Shown here: piece by piece, positions 41,662 to 51,751 of the stretch
How positions within the stretch are numbered: position 1 is the stretch's first letter
Layout: every line of letters begins with the position of its first letter
Source: an uncultured Anaerolineaceae bacterium
Lineage (GTDB): Bacteria; Chloroflexota; Limnocylindria; Limnocylindrales; CSP1-4
DNA length: 55,323 nucleotides
Assembly: GCA_964610835.1 (NCBI GenBank)
Contig: CAZSWK010000005.1
Coordinates: forward strand, 1 to 55,323
Reading direction: 5' to 3'
The notes under the pieces: generated by a model
The model's input: only the letters and a program-made list of their open reading frames with translations
The model's database searches: none
Told to the model about the DNA's origin: nothing
Position numbers and translations under genes: made by a program

Positions 41662-41841
41662 TTGGCTGAAGTCCGCGTAGGCGAAAACGAGTCCTTCGAG
41701 AGCGCCCTGCGACGCTTCAATAAGAAGATCCAGCAGAGCGGCATTCTCGCGGAGGCTCGCCGACGCGAGCACTACGAGAAGCCCAGCGTCAAGCGCAAGC
41801 GCAAGGAAGCAAAGCGCAAGAAGGCCGCCCGCTCGGAGTAG
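41662..41841 (+). CDS. rpsU: 30S ribosomal protein S21
   Basis: [30 protein letters not shown]; SD GGGAGGTG, TTG start. Confidence 0.97.
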   Translation: MAEVRVGENESFESALRRFNKKIQQSGILAEARRREHYEKPSVKRKRKEAKRKKAARSE

Positions 41842-41933
41842 TCGTCGCGCCGATTGGCCAGTGGTCAGTCAGCGGGCTCCACTCCCAGCCGGCCCGGCCC
41901 CGGGCCCAGCAGGCCCCGAGGAACGCTAAACCG

Positions 41934-42404
41934 GTGTCGCTCTCAAGTAGGCTCCAGCAGGATCTCACCGACGCCATGCGCAGTCGCGACGAGTTGCGCC
42001 GCGAAACGCTGCGCATGGCGATTGCTGCTGCCTACAACACGCAGAAGCAGGCCGGTCGTGAACTGACCGACGACGAGGTGGTGCAGGTCCTGGGCCGCGA
42101 GATCAAGAAGCGTCGCGAGGCAATCGACGCATATCGCGGGGCAGGCCGCGAGGACGCCGCCGAACGCGAACAGGCCGAGGCCGAGATCCTGGCTGGTTAC
42201 ATGCCCGAACAGCTCGACGAGGCCGAGCTCGGCCAGATGGTGGCGCAGGCCATCGCCCAGGTTTCCGCCGAGTCGCCCCGCGACATGGGCAAGGTCATGG
42301 CCGCTTTAATGCCGCTGGTTCGCGGCCGAGCGGACGGCAAGCAGGTCAGCGCGCTGGTAGCGCGCCAGCTGGCGCAGCGCGATCTCGCGCTGCACCAGCA
42401 CTGA
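41934..42404 (+). CDS. GatB/YqeY domain protein
   Basis: DAMRSRD, EIKKRREA, EAEIL..YMP.QL, DMGKVMA, GRADGK. Confidence 0.93.
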   Translation: MSLSSRLQQDLTDAMRSRDELRRETLRMAIAAAYNTQKQAGRELTDDEVVQVLGREIKKRREAIDAYRGAGREDAAEREQAEAEILAGYMPEQLDEAELGQMVAQAIAQVSAESPRDMGKVMAALMPLVRGRADGKQVSALVARQLAQRDLALHQH

Positions 42405-42419
42405 GCGGAGGCCGTCCGC

Positions 42420-44519
42420 ATGCTTGCGCGTTCTGCGCCGCTCCATCACTTCAACCGGCCCGACTTGCGCCGCTTCGTGCTGTTCGGCCTGGGCCTGTCG
42501 CTCGCGCTGGGAGCAGTTCTCGCGCTGGGTGCTCTGCCGGTGCCCTTCAGCGGTGGCAACCCGGTCGTCAACGGCGTGGCCACGGTCGACATCCGCGCGC
42601 CGCGGGCACTCACCTACGAGAGCACGGCGGCCACCCAGGCGGCGCGCGACGAGGCGAGCGCCCAGGTACCGCCGCAGTACAACTACAACAGCGACCGTGC
42701 CCAGCTGATCGCGCAGCAGCAACTCAATGTGCTGCAGGACAAGCTTGCTCCCGTCGACGCGGCGTTCGCCGCCGTGCTCACCGACGCCGAACGTCAGCAG
42801 GCGCTGCGGCTCGCCATTCCGACCCTCACCAATGGCGCTAAGTCGACGCTTGCGAGCCTCACGTCGGACGAATGGGATGCGCTGCGCGCCGAGATCGTGA
42901 ACGTGCTCGGGACCGTCGAACGGCAGGAGGTGCGCGACACGCTGCTCTCCGACGTGCGTAGCGGCATCGGCGATCGGGTAAGCACGACGTTTCCTGCGGC
43001 CCAGCGCGTGCTGGCGGCCGAGATAATCGCCCCGCTGCTGGTGGCCAACTCGACATTCGATGCACAGGCCACCGCCACGGCGAAGCTCGAGGCTGCCAAC
43101 GCCGTCGCGCCCGTGCTCTTCAGCTTCCGGAAGGGCGAGATCATCGTCCAGGCGGGTGAGCGCCTCGATGCTGTTGCACGCGAGAAGCTCGATCAGTTCG
43201 GCCTGCTCAACCCGCAGCCTGATGCGGCGCGTGCTGCTGGCTGGCTGGCCCTGGCCGCTCTGGCCGTCGTGCTCCTGCTCGCCTGGCTGTGGCGCTTCCG
43301 GCCCAACATCTGGCATCGCAATACGGCGCTGCTGCTGATCGCGCTGCTGATGGTCGGCGTGGCACTCGCGCTGAAGGTGACCGGCGACCGTTCGGTCCTG
43401 CCGTTTGTCGTGCCCACGGCCGCAGCCGGCCTGCTGCTGGCGGTGCTGCTCGATGCCGGCGTCGCGCTGATGGTCACCGCCGTCCTCGCGCTGATGGCCG
43501 GCGCGATCGTGGGTTCCGTTGAGTTCGCGGCCTACGTCCTGCTCGGCGGGGCGGCCGGCATCATCGCCGTCCGTCGCGGCGAACGCTTCAGCAACTTCGT
43601 CCAGGCAGCGGTCGCAATCGCCGCCGCGGAAGTGGCGGTGGTCGGCATATTCACCCTGCTTGGGGACCGCGACATGACCGGTCTGCTGGAGCTCGCGGGC
43701 GCCAGCCTTGCCGCCGGCACCGGCTCGGCCCTGGCGGCGGTCGGCTCGTTCCTGCTCGTCGGCAACGTGTTCGGCATCACCACCTCATTCCAGCTGCTCG
43801 AGCTCGCCAATCCGTCACAGACGCTGTTGCGCCGACTGCTGCTCGAGGCGCCCGGTACCTACCACCACTCACTGATGGTCGGCAACCTGGCTGAGCGGGC
43901 CGCGGAGGCGATCGGCGCCGATCCGCTGGTGGCGCGCGTCGCGGCCTACTACCACGACGTTGGCAAGCTGGCCAACCCGCTCGCGTACATCGAGAACCAG
44001 ACCGGCGAGAACATCCACGACGAGCTGACGCCCGAGCAGTCGGTGTCGCTGCTGAAGGCCCACGTGGCCAACGGCATCGACCTCGCCTACCAGTACAAGC
44101 TGCCCAAGCCGATCATCGCGTTCATACCCCAGCACCACGGCACCGCGCTGATGAGCTACTTCTACCATCGTGCGAAGGAGCAGGCAGGCGCGGACGAAAA
44201 GGTCGATGAGGCGCGTTACCGTCACTCGGGGCCAAAGCCGCAGTCCCGCGAGGCCGCCATCCTCATGCTGGCTGACAGTGTCGAGGCATCGGTCCGCTCG
44301 CTGAGTGCGCACGACGAAGCTTCGATCAGGGCCATGGTCGCGCGCATCATTCGCGAGCGACTCGAGGACGGTCAGTTCGACGAGTGCGACCTGACGCTGC
44401 GCGACCTGGAACGGATCCGCGAGGCGTTCGTGGCCCAGTTGCTGGGCATGTACCACCGCCGCATCGAGTATCCACAGAACAAGATCGTGGAGATCGAGTC
44501 GCGGCGCGCCGCCGGCTAA
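42420..44519 (+). CDS. 7TM-HDIG phosphohydrolase (PgpH/YqfF family)
   Basis: Extracytoplasmic domain, multi-TM block, APGTYHHS, YYHDVGK, QHHGT, GPKPQSRE, LADSVEA. Confidence 0.92.
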   Translation: MLARSAPLHHFNRPDLRRFVLFGLGLSLALGAVLALGALPVPFSGGNPVVNGVATVDIRAPRALTYESTAATQAARDEASAQVPPQYNYNSDRAQLIAQQQLNVLQDKLAPVDAAFAAVLTDAERQQALRLAIPTLTNGAKSTLASLTSDEWDALRAEIVNVLGTVERQEVRDTLLSDVRSGIGDRVSTTFPAAQRVLAAEIIAPLLVANSTFDAQATATAKLEAANAVAPVLFSFRKGEIIVQAGERLDAVAREKLDQFGLLNPQPDAARAAGWLALAALAVVLLLAWLWRFRPNIWHRNTALLLIALLMVGVALALKVTGDRSVLPFVVPTAAAGLLLAVLLDAGVALMVTAVLALMAGAIVGSVEFAAYVLLGGAAGIIAVRRGERFSNFVQAAVAIAAAEVAVVGIFTLLGDRDMTGLLELAGASLAAGTGSALAAVGSFLLVGNVFGITTSFQLLELANPSQTLLRRLLLEAPGTYHHSLMVGNLAERAAEAIGADPLVARVAAYYHDVGKLANPLAYIENQTGENIHDELTPEQSVSLLKAHVANGIDLAYQYKLPKPIIAFIPQHHGTALMSYFYHRAKEQAGADEKVDEARYRHSGPKPQSREAAILMLADSVEASVRSLSAHDEASIRAMVARIIRERLEDGQFDECDLTLRDLERIREAFVAQLLGMYHRRIEYPQNKIVEIESRRAAG

Positions 44520-44537
44520 GGGCGTAGCGGCTGACAT

Positions 44538-44780
44538 ATGAGTGCACACGAAGACGAAAGGCACGAGCTGCTGTTGACGGAAACCCAGCTCGAGCTGGTC
44601 CGGGAGGGCCTGGGCCTGCTCGAGGCGGCGCTGAGCCGCGACGAATCCGACCAGATCGAGCAGATTCAGGCGATCCTCGCGCAACTGGAACGGTCGGCCG
44701 GCGCGTCCGGCCAGGACCAGCCGTCCGAGCCCGGCCAGCCGACAACCAACGCCGAGCAGCAGCGAGGGCCCGGCAAGTAG
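44538..44780 (+). CDS. Small acidic hypothetical protein (80 aa)
   Basis: Fills the gap between the HDIG gene and ybeY; GC-rich third positions; amphipathic helices. Confidence 0.6.
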   Translation: MSAHEDERHELLLTETQLELVREGLGLLEAALSRDESDQIEQIQAILAQLERSAGASGQDQPSEPGQPTTNAEQQRGPGK

Positions 44781-44818
44781 CGTCGATCTACCTGCCGCCC
44801 TGGCGCATCGACGTCACC

Positions 44819-45355
44819 GTGCGGCCCGGTGTCGCGCGCTTGCTTCCCGTCGCCCGTGCTGAGCTGGCCCGTCGCGCGGCCGCTGCCCTGGCTGCCGCCG
44901 GGGCACCGCCGCCCGCGTCACTGGGGCTGATCCTGTCCGACGATCGTGAGCTGGCCGAGCTCAATCTTGCGCACCTGGGCCACCAGGGCCCGACCGATGT
45001 CCTTTCCTTCCCGATGCTGCCACCGGCCGCCTTTCCGCCCCACGGTGGCCAGGACCCAGACGCTCACCGCCAGGGCGCGTCGGTCATACCCGGGCGGCAA
45101 TTTCGTCTGCCACCGGGCCGGCGCACGCACCTGGGTGACGTGATCGTCTCGGTCGAGCGGGCGATCGACCAGGCGGGCGAAGGCCGTGGCGGGCAGACAG
45201 GAGACGTGGCCTGGTCGGCGCGCCACGAGCTGCGGCTGCTGGTGGTGCACGGCACTCTCCACATCTGCGGGTGGGACCACGCCGACGTCGACGAGCGCGA
45301 TGCGATGCGCGCACTGGAGGACGCCCTCATGGACGAGGTATCAGCGGGGTCATGA
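44819..45355 (+). CDS. ybeY: rRNA maturation endoribonuclease YbeY (start uncertain, may extend about 13 codons upstream)
   Basis: LN.....GPTDVLSFP, LGDVIVS, HGTLHICGWDH zinc motif. Confidence 0.92.
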   Translation: MRPGVARLLPVARAELARRAAAALAAAGAPPPASLGLILSDDRELAELNLAHLGHQGPTDVLSFPMLPPAAFPPHGGQDPDAHRQGASVIPGRQFRLPPGRRTHLGDVIVSVERAIDQAGEGRGGQTGDVAWSARHELRLLVVHGTLHICGWDHADVDERDAMRALEDALMDEVSAGS

Positions 45356-46032
45356 CCTCAGAAACGCCCGACTCCGAGCACTGGCGTCGCTATTACGAAG
45401 TGACCGTCGACCGGCCCGCTTGGGAGACCGTCCGGATCGCGATCGCCAACTTCGCCCTTGAGGAACCATCGGCCGGTCGATTTGCAGTCGATCTGGGCTG
45501 CGGCGCCGGACGCGATGCCGGCGAGCTGCTGCGTGCTGGCTGGCGTGTGCTCGCGGTCGACCGGGAATTGAGCGGCTTGCGCATTCTCGAGGAGCGCACG
45601 CCCGCCGAGATGCGTGAACTTCTGGCCACCCACGCCGCCGAGCTGGTCAGCTTTGAGGTTCCGGCAGCCGACCTCGTCAACGCAAGCCTGAGCTTGCCGT
45701 TCCTTCCCGAGCAGCAGTTCTGGCGGGTATGGCAGCGGCTTCTGGCGGCCATTCAGCCCGGCGGTCGCGTCTCGGCGATGGTCTTCGGCGACCGCGACGA
45801 GGGCGTGGGTGATGCCCAGATGACCTTCGTCAGCCCACCGGCATTCCGCGCCTCTCTCGAGCCGGAGTTCGAGGTCGAGCATTGGGTTGATCTCCAGGAG
45901 GACACCACGATGGCGCTCGGCCAGCCACACCACATGCACAGGATTGACGTCGTCGCCCGGCGCGTTCGTTCACGGCGCGGCCCGACTGCTCTAGTACCAT
46001 CGACGCCCAAGCGGACTGGGACCGACACGTGA
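45352..46032 (+). CDS. Class I SAM-dependent methyltransferase
   Basis: VDLGCGAGRD, VLAVD, DLVNASLSLPF; ATGA overlap with ybeY. Confidence 0.85.
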   Translation: MTSETPDSEHWRRYYEVTVDRPAWETVRIAIANFALEEPSAGRFAVDLGCGAGRDAGELLRAGWRVLAVDRELSGLRILEERTPAEMRELLATHAAELVSFEVPAADLVNASLSLPFLPEQQFWRVWQRLLAAIQPGGRVSAMVFGDRDEGVGDAQMTFVSPPAFRASLEPEFEVEHWVDLQEDTTMALGQPHHMHRIDVVARRVRSRRGPTALVPSTPKRTGTDT

Positions 46033-46634
46033 ACGACGAACACGACCATCACCACGAAGAGCACGAGCATCACCACCAGCCGTACGACTGGAGCGCCGAC
46101 CTGCTCGCGCTGCGCGAGGCCGCCAGCCACTACTATCGTCACCAGTTCGACTATCACGGCCATTTGCCGCCGGACGGCTGGGATGGGCCGCGCTACTACC
46201 CACCTGCCGAGGATTGGCGCCTGACCTCGCGGCTGGACCGCGACGTGCCGGGCACCGGTCAGGCGGTCCGGTTGGCAACCTCGACCGGGCAGCTGCGCGA
46301 TATGGCGGTCGCAGGCCAGCTGGTGTTCGAGGCCGGTGGCGGTGAGCAGCGGCTGACGGCCTTCCTGAGTCACGATGCACGTGGGTACGAGGTGCTGTTC
46401 GTGCCCTTCCGCGACGAGACGTCGGGCAACGAGACGTACGGCGCCGGCCGCTATGTCGAGGTGCCCTACGAACCCGACATGGACGATTTCGAGCTCGACT
46501 TCAATTTCGCCTACAACCCGTCATGCGCCTACTCGCCGGCCTACGACTGTCCCTACCCGCCGCCCGCCAACCGCCTGGCGATCCCGGTGACGGCCGGTGA
46601 GAAGCTGCCGTTCGAGGGCGACCTCGCCCACTGA
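46029..46634 (+). CDS. DUF1684 family protein with His-rich N-terminus
   Basis: FVPFRDETSGNETYGAGRY, LDFNFAYNPSCAYS...CP.PP..N.L. Confidence 0.88.
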   Translation: MNDEHDHHHEEHEHHHQPYDWSADLLALREAASHYYRHQFDYHGHLPPDGWDGPRYYPPAEDWRLTSRLDRDVPGTGQAVRLATSTGQLRDMAVAGQLVFEAGGGEQRLTAFLSHDARGYEVLFVPFRDETSGNETYGAGRYVEVPYEPDMDDFELDFNFAYNPSCAYSPAYDCPYPPPANRLAIPVTAGEKLPFEGDLAH

Positions 46635-46674
46635 GCCCAACCGCGCGCAGGCGGCGCGGTAGCATCTGAGCGCC

Positions 46675-46702
46675 GGCCGGTCGAGGTTGCGACCGGCCTA
46701 TT
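46675..46702 (+). terminator. Probable intrinsic terminator
   Basis: GGCCGGTCG-aggttg-CGACCGGCC followed by TATT. Confidence 0.55.
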
Positions 46703-46733
46703 GGCGTGCGCCGCCGCCGATTAGGGACTCGAG

Positions 46734-47450
46734 ATGAAGATCGTGGTGGGCCTGGGGAACCCAGGCAAGCAGTACGAACACACACGCCATAACGTGGGCT
46801 GGATGGTGCTCGACCGGCTGGCCGAGCGGGCCGGCTCGACCGGGCGTGCCCGCGCTCGGGACGCCGCGGCGAGCGTGCACGGCCGTTACCGGGGGCTTGA
46901 CCTGATGCTGGTCAAGCCGACCACCTACATGAACATGTCGGGCATCGCCGTGCGCAAGGTGCTCGCTCGTCAGCGCGCGCCACTTGCCGATCTGCTCGTC
47001 GTGGTCGACGACTTCGACCTGCCACTCGGTCGCATCCGGCTGCGCGCCGAGGGGAGTGCCGGCACGCACAATGGGCTGCGTTCGATCGTCGGCGAGCTGA
47101 GCACCCAGAAGTTCGCACGGTTGCGCGTGGGCATTGGCGAACCCTCCCGGGCGGCCATCGACCATGTGCTCAGCGGCTTCACGGCGGCCGAACAGAAGGT
47201 GCTCGACCAGGTCCTCGAGGCTGCCGCGGACGCCGTCGAAGAGTGGGCGCGCGAGGGGCCGGCGCGCGCCGCCAACCGCTGGAACGCGTGGTCCGCCGAT
47301 CAGGCGCCGGAACAGGTGCCGCCGGCGCCGCCCGACGACCTTCGTTCCGCAGGCCGGCCCGTCGGCCGCCAACCCGCCGACCGCCAGCCCGCCGAGCCGC
47401 AGATCGTCCGTCACGCGACCGGCTGGCGGAGGTTGCTGCGTCGTGGCTGA
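46734..47450 (+). CDS. pth: Peptidyl-tRNA hydrolase with C-terminal Pro-rich extension
   Basis: GLGNPG, TRHNVGW, KPTTYMN.SG, VDDFDL, GTHNGL, RLRVGIG. Confidence 0.96.
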   Translation: MKIVVGLGNPGKQYEHTRHNVGWMVLDRLAERAGSTGRARARDAAASVHGRYRGLDLMLVKPTTYMNMSGIAVRKVLARQRAPLADLLVVVDDFDLPLGRIRLRAEGSAGTHNGLRSIVGELSTQKFARLRVGIGEPSRAAIDHVLSGFTAAEQKVLDQVLEAAADAVEEWAREGPARAANRWNAWSADQAPEQVPPAPPDDLRSAGRPVGRQPADRQPAEPQIVRHATGWRRLLRRG

Positions 47451-50400
47451 GCCATCAGTTCGCGCGCGCGGCCGGACCACGCGTGAACGGCGGCTGGCCG
47501 AGCAGGTCGCAACCGAGCACGCTCAGCGGGGGCACGCGCAGGCGGAGGGGGCCAATCCCCGCGGCCGGCTGCCCAACCTGTCGCCACTGCCCGACATGCT
47601 GGCGCGCTCAGCCGAGCTGCAGGATCTTGCGCAGCGCTACCGGACGGTGCGCGAGGGCCGCGTCGGCCAGGCGCTGCGCCATGTCACCTACGCAGCGATG
47701 CCCCACGGCGCGAAGTCGTTCCTGGCTGCGGGCCTGGCTGTCGCGAGCGCCGAGCGCCTGATTTGGATCGCCCGCGATGCCGAGATCGCCGCCCGCGTGG
47801 CCGAGGAGCTCGCCGCGTGGCTGGGCGACGCCGAGTCGGTAGTCGTGCTCGAGCCACGGACGGCGCTCGCGTATGAGCGCTCGGAACTGGTGCGCGACGA
47901 GAGCGCCGCGCGAGTTGCCGCCCTCGCCGCGTGGCGCTCCGGGTCGCCGAGAGTGCTCGTGGCCAGCGTCCAGGCACTCTTCCAGCACACTCTGGCACCG
48001 GATGCATTGCCCGCCCAGCCCCTGACGCTGAGCGCCGGCCAGCGTGTCGCCCAGGAGCGCGTATTGCGCGAGCTCGTTGGACTCGGCTACGAGGCCCTGC
48101 CGGAAGTGGCCGGGCGCGGCGAGTTCGCCCGCCGCGGCGGCATCGTCGACGTCTTTCCGGCCGGCCAGCAGCTGCCCATCCGGCTCGAGTGGTTCGGCGA
48201 TGAGATCGAGTCGCTGCGCGCATTCGACCCGGCCAACCAGCGTGGCGTCCGGCCGATCACGACGGTCAGCCTGCTGCCGGCGAGCGAGTTCCTGCTCGGC
48301 CCGGGCGCGGGCGACCGCCTGCGCGAGCGGCTGGGCAGAGCGTCCGGCAGGCTGTCGGCAGAACTGTCGGCCGACCTCGCCCACCTCGAGAACGGCCAGC
48401 TGGCCGATGCCGCCGAGATTTGGGCCGGCCACCTCGCGCCGACTACCGGCCTCGACCACCTTGCCGACGAGATCTGGGTCATCGATGAGCCGGAGGACAT
48501 CAACGCGGCCGCCGAATTCCTGTGGTCGCAGGCCGACGAGCGGCGCGCCGAGCTCGAGAAGTCGGGGGTGCTGCCGCGCGGCTGGCCGGAACCGTATCCG
48601 GCGCGCCGCGAGTGGAAGCAACACCTCAACGCAGCCAGGACACTGGAGCTCACCTGGGAGAGCGAGGCAGCCGGGGCGCCACCCGGCGGCAACCCGTTTG
48701 GCTGGCACGAGCCGGTGCTGCCGCCGCAGGCGATCCGCGACCTGGCCGAGACAATCGCGCGCTGGCGACGCGAGGGCGCGCGGGTTGTCCTGGCGTCGGA
48801 CCAGTCGGCGCGCCTGTCGGAGCTGCTGGGCGAGGCGGACATCATCGCCGCGCCCATCGTCACGCTGGGCGAGGCACCACCCCCGGGTGGGCTGGCGCTG
48901 ATCGATCGTAGCCTCAACTCGGGCTTCGCCGGCGGTCCGGAGGGCGTCGTCCTGGTGACCGATCGTGAGCTCTTCGGTGCGGTCCGCGTGCGCCGCCCGC
49001 GCGTCCTGCGCCGGGCCGTGCCGCGCGACGTGCTCGAGCGACTGCAACCGGGCGAGCTGGTGGTCCATATCGACCACGGCATCGCCCGCTACGCGGGTAT
49101 GACGCGCCGCTCGGCGGGCGGCGACGGTGCCGAGGAGCGCGACTTCCTGGAGCTGCACTTTGCCGAGGGCGGGCGGATGTGGGTGCCGGTCGAGCAGATC
49201 GAGCGCGTGTCGCGTTACGCCGGCGGCGAGAACCCACACCTGTCGCGGCTCGGCGGTGGCGAGTGGCTGCGCACCAAGACGCGTGTGCGCAAGGCGGTCA
49301 ACGACCTGGCCGAGGAACTGCTGGCGCTCTACACGGCACGCGAGCGAGCCGAGGGCCGCCCCGTCAGTGAAGACACCCCCTGGCAGCAGGAGCTGGAGGC
49401 GGCGTTCCCGTACGAGGAGACGCTCGACCAGCTACGCGCCACGGCCGAGGCGAAGTCGGACCTCGAGCGCGGCCGGCCGATGGACCGCCTGGTGGTCGGC
49501 GACGTGGGCTACGGCAAGACCGAGGTCGCGTTGCGGGCGGCGTTCAAGGTCATCGCCGACGGGATGCAGGTGGCCGTCCTGGTGCCCACGACCGTGCTCG
49601 CGGCGCAGCACCATGAGACGTTCCGCCAGCGTTTTGCCGCCTACCCGTTCACGGTGCGCATGCTCAGCCGGTTTGTTGATCCCGGTCATCAGCGCGAGAT
49701 CCTCGCCGGGCTGGCAGCGGGGTCGGTGGACCTGGTGATCGGCACGCACCGGCTGTTGTCGAAGGACGTCCGCTTCCGCAACCTTGGCCTGGTCGTGGTC
49801 GATGAGGAGCAGCGTTTCGGCGTGGCGCACAAGGAGCGGCTCAAGCAGCTGCGCACGGAGGTGCACGTGCTGACCCTGTCGGCGACGCCCATCCCGCGCA
49901 CGCTCAACCTGGCTCTTGCCGGGGTGCGCGACATGAGCGTCATCGAGACGCCGCCCGAGGACCGGCTGCCCATCCAGACACGTGTCGCGGAGGCCAGCGC
50001 CGGACTGGTGCGCGACGCGCTGCTGCGCGAGATCGACCGCGGCGGCCAGGCGTTCTTCGTCCACAATCGGGTCGAGACGATCGAGGCACAGGCCGAGCAG
50101 CTGCGCCAGTTGCTGCCGCACGCGCGGGTCGCGGTGGCTCACGGCCAGATGGCCGAGGGCGCCCTCGAGCGCGTGATGCTCGCCTTCGCGCGCGGTGAAT
50201 TCGACGTGCTGGTGTGCACCACGATTATCGAGTCGGGGCTGGACATCCCCAACGCCAACACGATCGTCATCGACCGCGCCGACGCACTCGGCCTGGCGCA
50301 GCTCTACCAGCTGCGCGGTCGCGTGGGTCGCGCGAGCCGGCGGGCATACGCGTACCTGCTCTATCGGCGCCGCGGCCAGCTCTCGGACATCGCGCGCAAG

Positions 50401-51090
50401 CGGCTGCAGGCCATCTTCAACGCGAGCGAATTGGGCGCCGGCTTCCAGATCGCCCTGTCCGATCTCGAGATTCGTGGCGCCGGCAACATCCTTGGCGCCG
50501 AGCAGCACGGTCACCTTGCGGCGGTCGGCTTCGACCTGTACACGCGCCTGCTGGCGGAGGCCGTCGAAGAGCGACGTGCCCTGCTCGAGCAGCGCTCGCC
50601 GGTCAGGCCGCGCGCGCAGACCGTCATCGATCTGCCGGTCGACGCCTACCTGCCCGACGATTACGTGGCCGACGAGCCGATGAAGCTGGAGCTGTATCGC
50701 CGGCTGGGCCGCACGGCCACCGACGCCGAGGTCGAGACGATCCGTACCGAGCTGGTCGATCGCTTCGGGGCGCTGCCGGCACCGGTCGAGCGGCTGCTCG
50801 AGGTCGCGCGGGTGCGCATCGCGGCGGAGACGGCGGGCATCGGCTCGTTGACGCGCGAAGGCCACGACCTGGTGATCAGGTTCGGTTCCGACTGGTCACG
50901 CTCCGCCACCGTCCGCGCGATGGCGCCCACTTCCCTGTCCGATCGCGTGCCGGGCATCGCCCCCGGCGCCATCCACTACGGCTCGAACCAGATGCGCATC
51001 CGCCTCGACCGTTCGCCCGATGCCGCGTGGCAGACCACCCGGGCCGTCGTCAAACGCCTGGCCACACGCCTCGAACAGCCGGCAGCCTAG
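47443..51090 (+). CDS. mfd: Transcription-repair coupling factor
   Basis: RRGGIVDVF, VHIDHGIARY, GDVGYGKT, DEEQRFG, SATPIPRT, QLRGRVGR, DLEIRGAGN; GTG 47443 overlaps the pth end. Confidence 0.97.
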   Translation: MAEPSVRARGRTTRERRLAEQVATEHAQRGHAQAEGANPRGRLPNLSPLPDMLARSAELQDLAQRYRTVREGRVGQALRHVTYAAMPHGAKSFLAAGLAVASAERLIWIARDAEIAARVAEELAAWLGDAESVVVLEPRTALAYERSELVRDESAARVAALAAWRSGSPRVLVASVQALFQHTLAPDALPAQPLTLSAGQRVAQERVLRELVGLGYEALPEVAGRGEFARRGGIVDVFPAGQQLPIRLEWFGDEIESLRAFDPANQRGVRPITTVSLLPASEFLLGPGAGDRLRERLGRASGRLSAELSADLAHLENGQLADAAEIWAGHLAPTTGLDHLADEIWVIDEPEDINAAAEFLWSQADERRAELEKSGVLPRGWPEPYPARREWKQHLNAARTLELTWESEAAGAPPGGNPFGWHEPVLPPQAIRDLAETIARWRREGARVVLASDQSARLSELLGEADIIAAPIVTLGEAPPPGGLALIDRSLNSGFAGGPEGVVLVTDRELFGAVRVRRPRVLRRAVPRDVLERLQPGELVVHIDHGIARYAGMTRRSAGGDGAEERDFLELHFAEGGRMWVPVEQIERVSRYAGGENPHLSRLGGGEWLRTKTRVRKAVNDLAEELLALYTARERAEGRPVSEDTPWQQELEAAFPYEETLDQLRATAEAKSDLERGRPMDRLVVGDVGYGKTEVALRAAFKVIADGMQVAVLVPTTVLAAQHHETFRQRFAAYPFTVRMLSRFVDPGHQREILAGLAAGSVDLVIGTHRLLSKDVRFRNLGLVVVDEEQRFGVAHKERLKQLRTEVHVLTLSATPIPRTLNLALAGVRDMSVIETPPEDRLPIQTRVAEASAGLVRDALLREIDRGGQAFFVHNRVETIEAQAEQLRQLLPHARVAVAHGQMAEGALERVMLAFARGEFDVLVCTTIIESGLDIPNANTIVIDRADALGLAQLYQLRGRVGRASRRAYAYLLYRRRGQLSDIARKRLQAIFNASELGAGFQIALSDLEIRGAGNILGAEQHGHLAAVGFDLYTRLLAEAVEERRALLEQRSPVRPRAQTVIDLPVDAYLPDDYVADEPMKLELYRRLGRTATDAEVETIRTELVDRFGALPAPVERLLEVARVRIAAETAGIGSLTREGHDLVIRFGSDWSRSATVRAMAPTSLSDRVPGIAPGAIHYGSNQMRIRLDRSPDAAWQTTRAVVKRLATRLEQPAA

Positions 51091-51092
51091 CC

Positions 51093-51150
51093 GCCGTTCA
51101 GAAGCACGCTGCCGTGCCACGGTACTCCCGTGCTGTTCTGGGGCAACGGC
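51093..51150. other. Long imperfect hairpin after mfd
   Basis: GCCGTT/AACGGC, CAGAA/TTCTG and GCACG/CGTGC nested arms. Confidence 0.5.
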
Positions 51151-51214
51151 ACGCTGCGCTAGACTGACCGGGGCCGCCCAGCATCCGGGGCCCTACACGA
51201 GGGACAGCCAGCAC

Positions 51215-51736
51215 GTGTCTGCAGACGATCTGCGCGCGAAGATCCGTGAGATCCCCGACTTTCCCAAGCCGGGCATCCTGTTCTACGACATAACCACGCT
51301 GCTGAAGGACGCCGGCGCGTTTCGCGAGGCGATTCAGCTGATGCTCGAGCCTTTCCGCGACCGGAAGATCGATGCGGTGGTCGGCATGGAATCGCGTGGC
51401 TTCATCTTCAGCGCGCCGATGGCCATCGAACTGAACGCCGCCTTCGTGCCGGTACGCAAGCTGGGCAAGCTGCCGGCGGAAACTGCCAGCGTCGAGTACG
51501 CACTGGAGTACGGGACGAACACGCTCGAGATACACAAGGACGCGCTTCAGCCCGGGCAGCAGGTGCTGATCGTCGACGACCTGCTGGCGACCGGCGGCAC
51601 GGTGCTGGGCACGATCGAGCTGGTCAAGATGCTCAAGGCGGATGTCGTGGGCCTGGCGTTCCTCGTCGAACTGCTTTTCCTCAACGGCCGTGAACGGCTG
51701 GACGACTACGAGATCCACAGCGTCGTCCAGTACTGA
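51215..51736 (+). CDS. apt: Adenine phosphoribosyltransferase
   Basis: IPDFPKPGILFYDIT, ESRGF, RKLGKLP, LEYG, VDDLLATGGT; TAGACT at 51160-51165. Confidence 0.97.
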   Translation: MSADDLRAKIREIPDFPKPGILFYDITTLLKDAGAFREAIQLMLEPFRDRKIDAVVGMESRGFIFSAPMAIELNAAFVPVRKLGKLPAETASVEYALEYGTNTLEIHKDALQPGQQVLIVDDLLATGGTVLGTIELVKMLKADVVGLAFLVELLFLNGRERLDDYEIHSVVQY

Positions 51737-51751
51737 TCCGGTGCATCGCTG

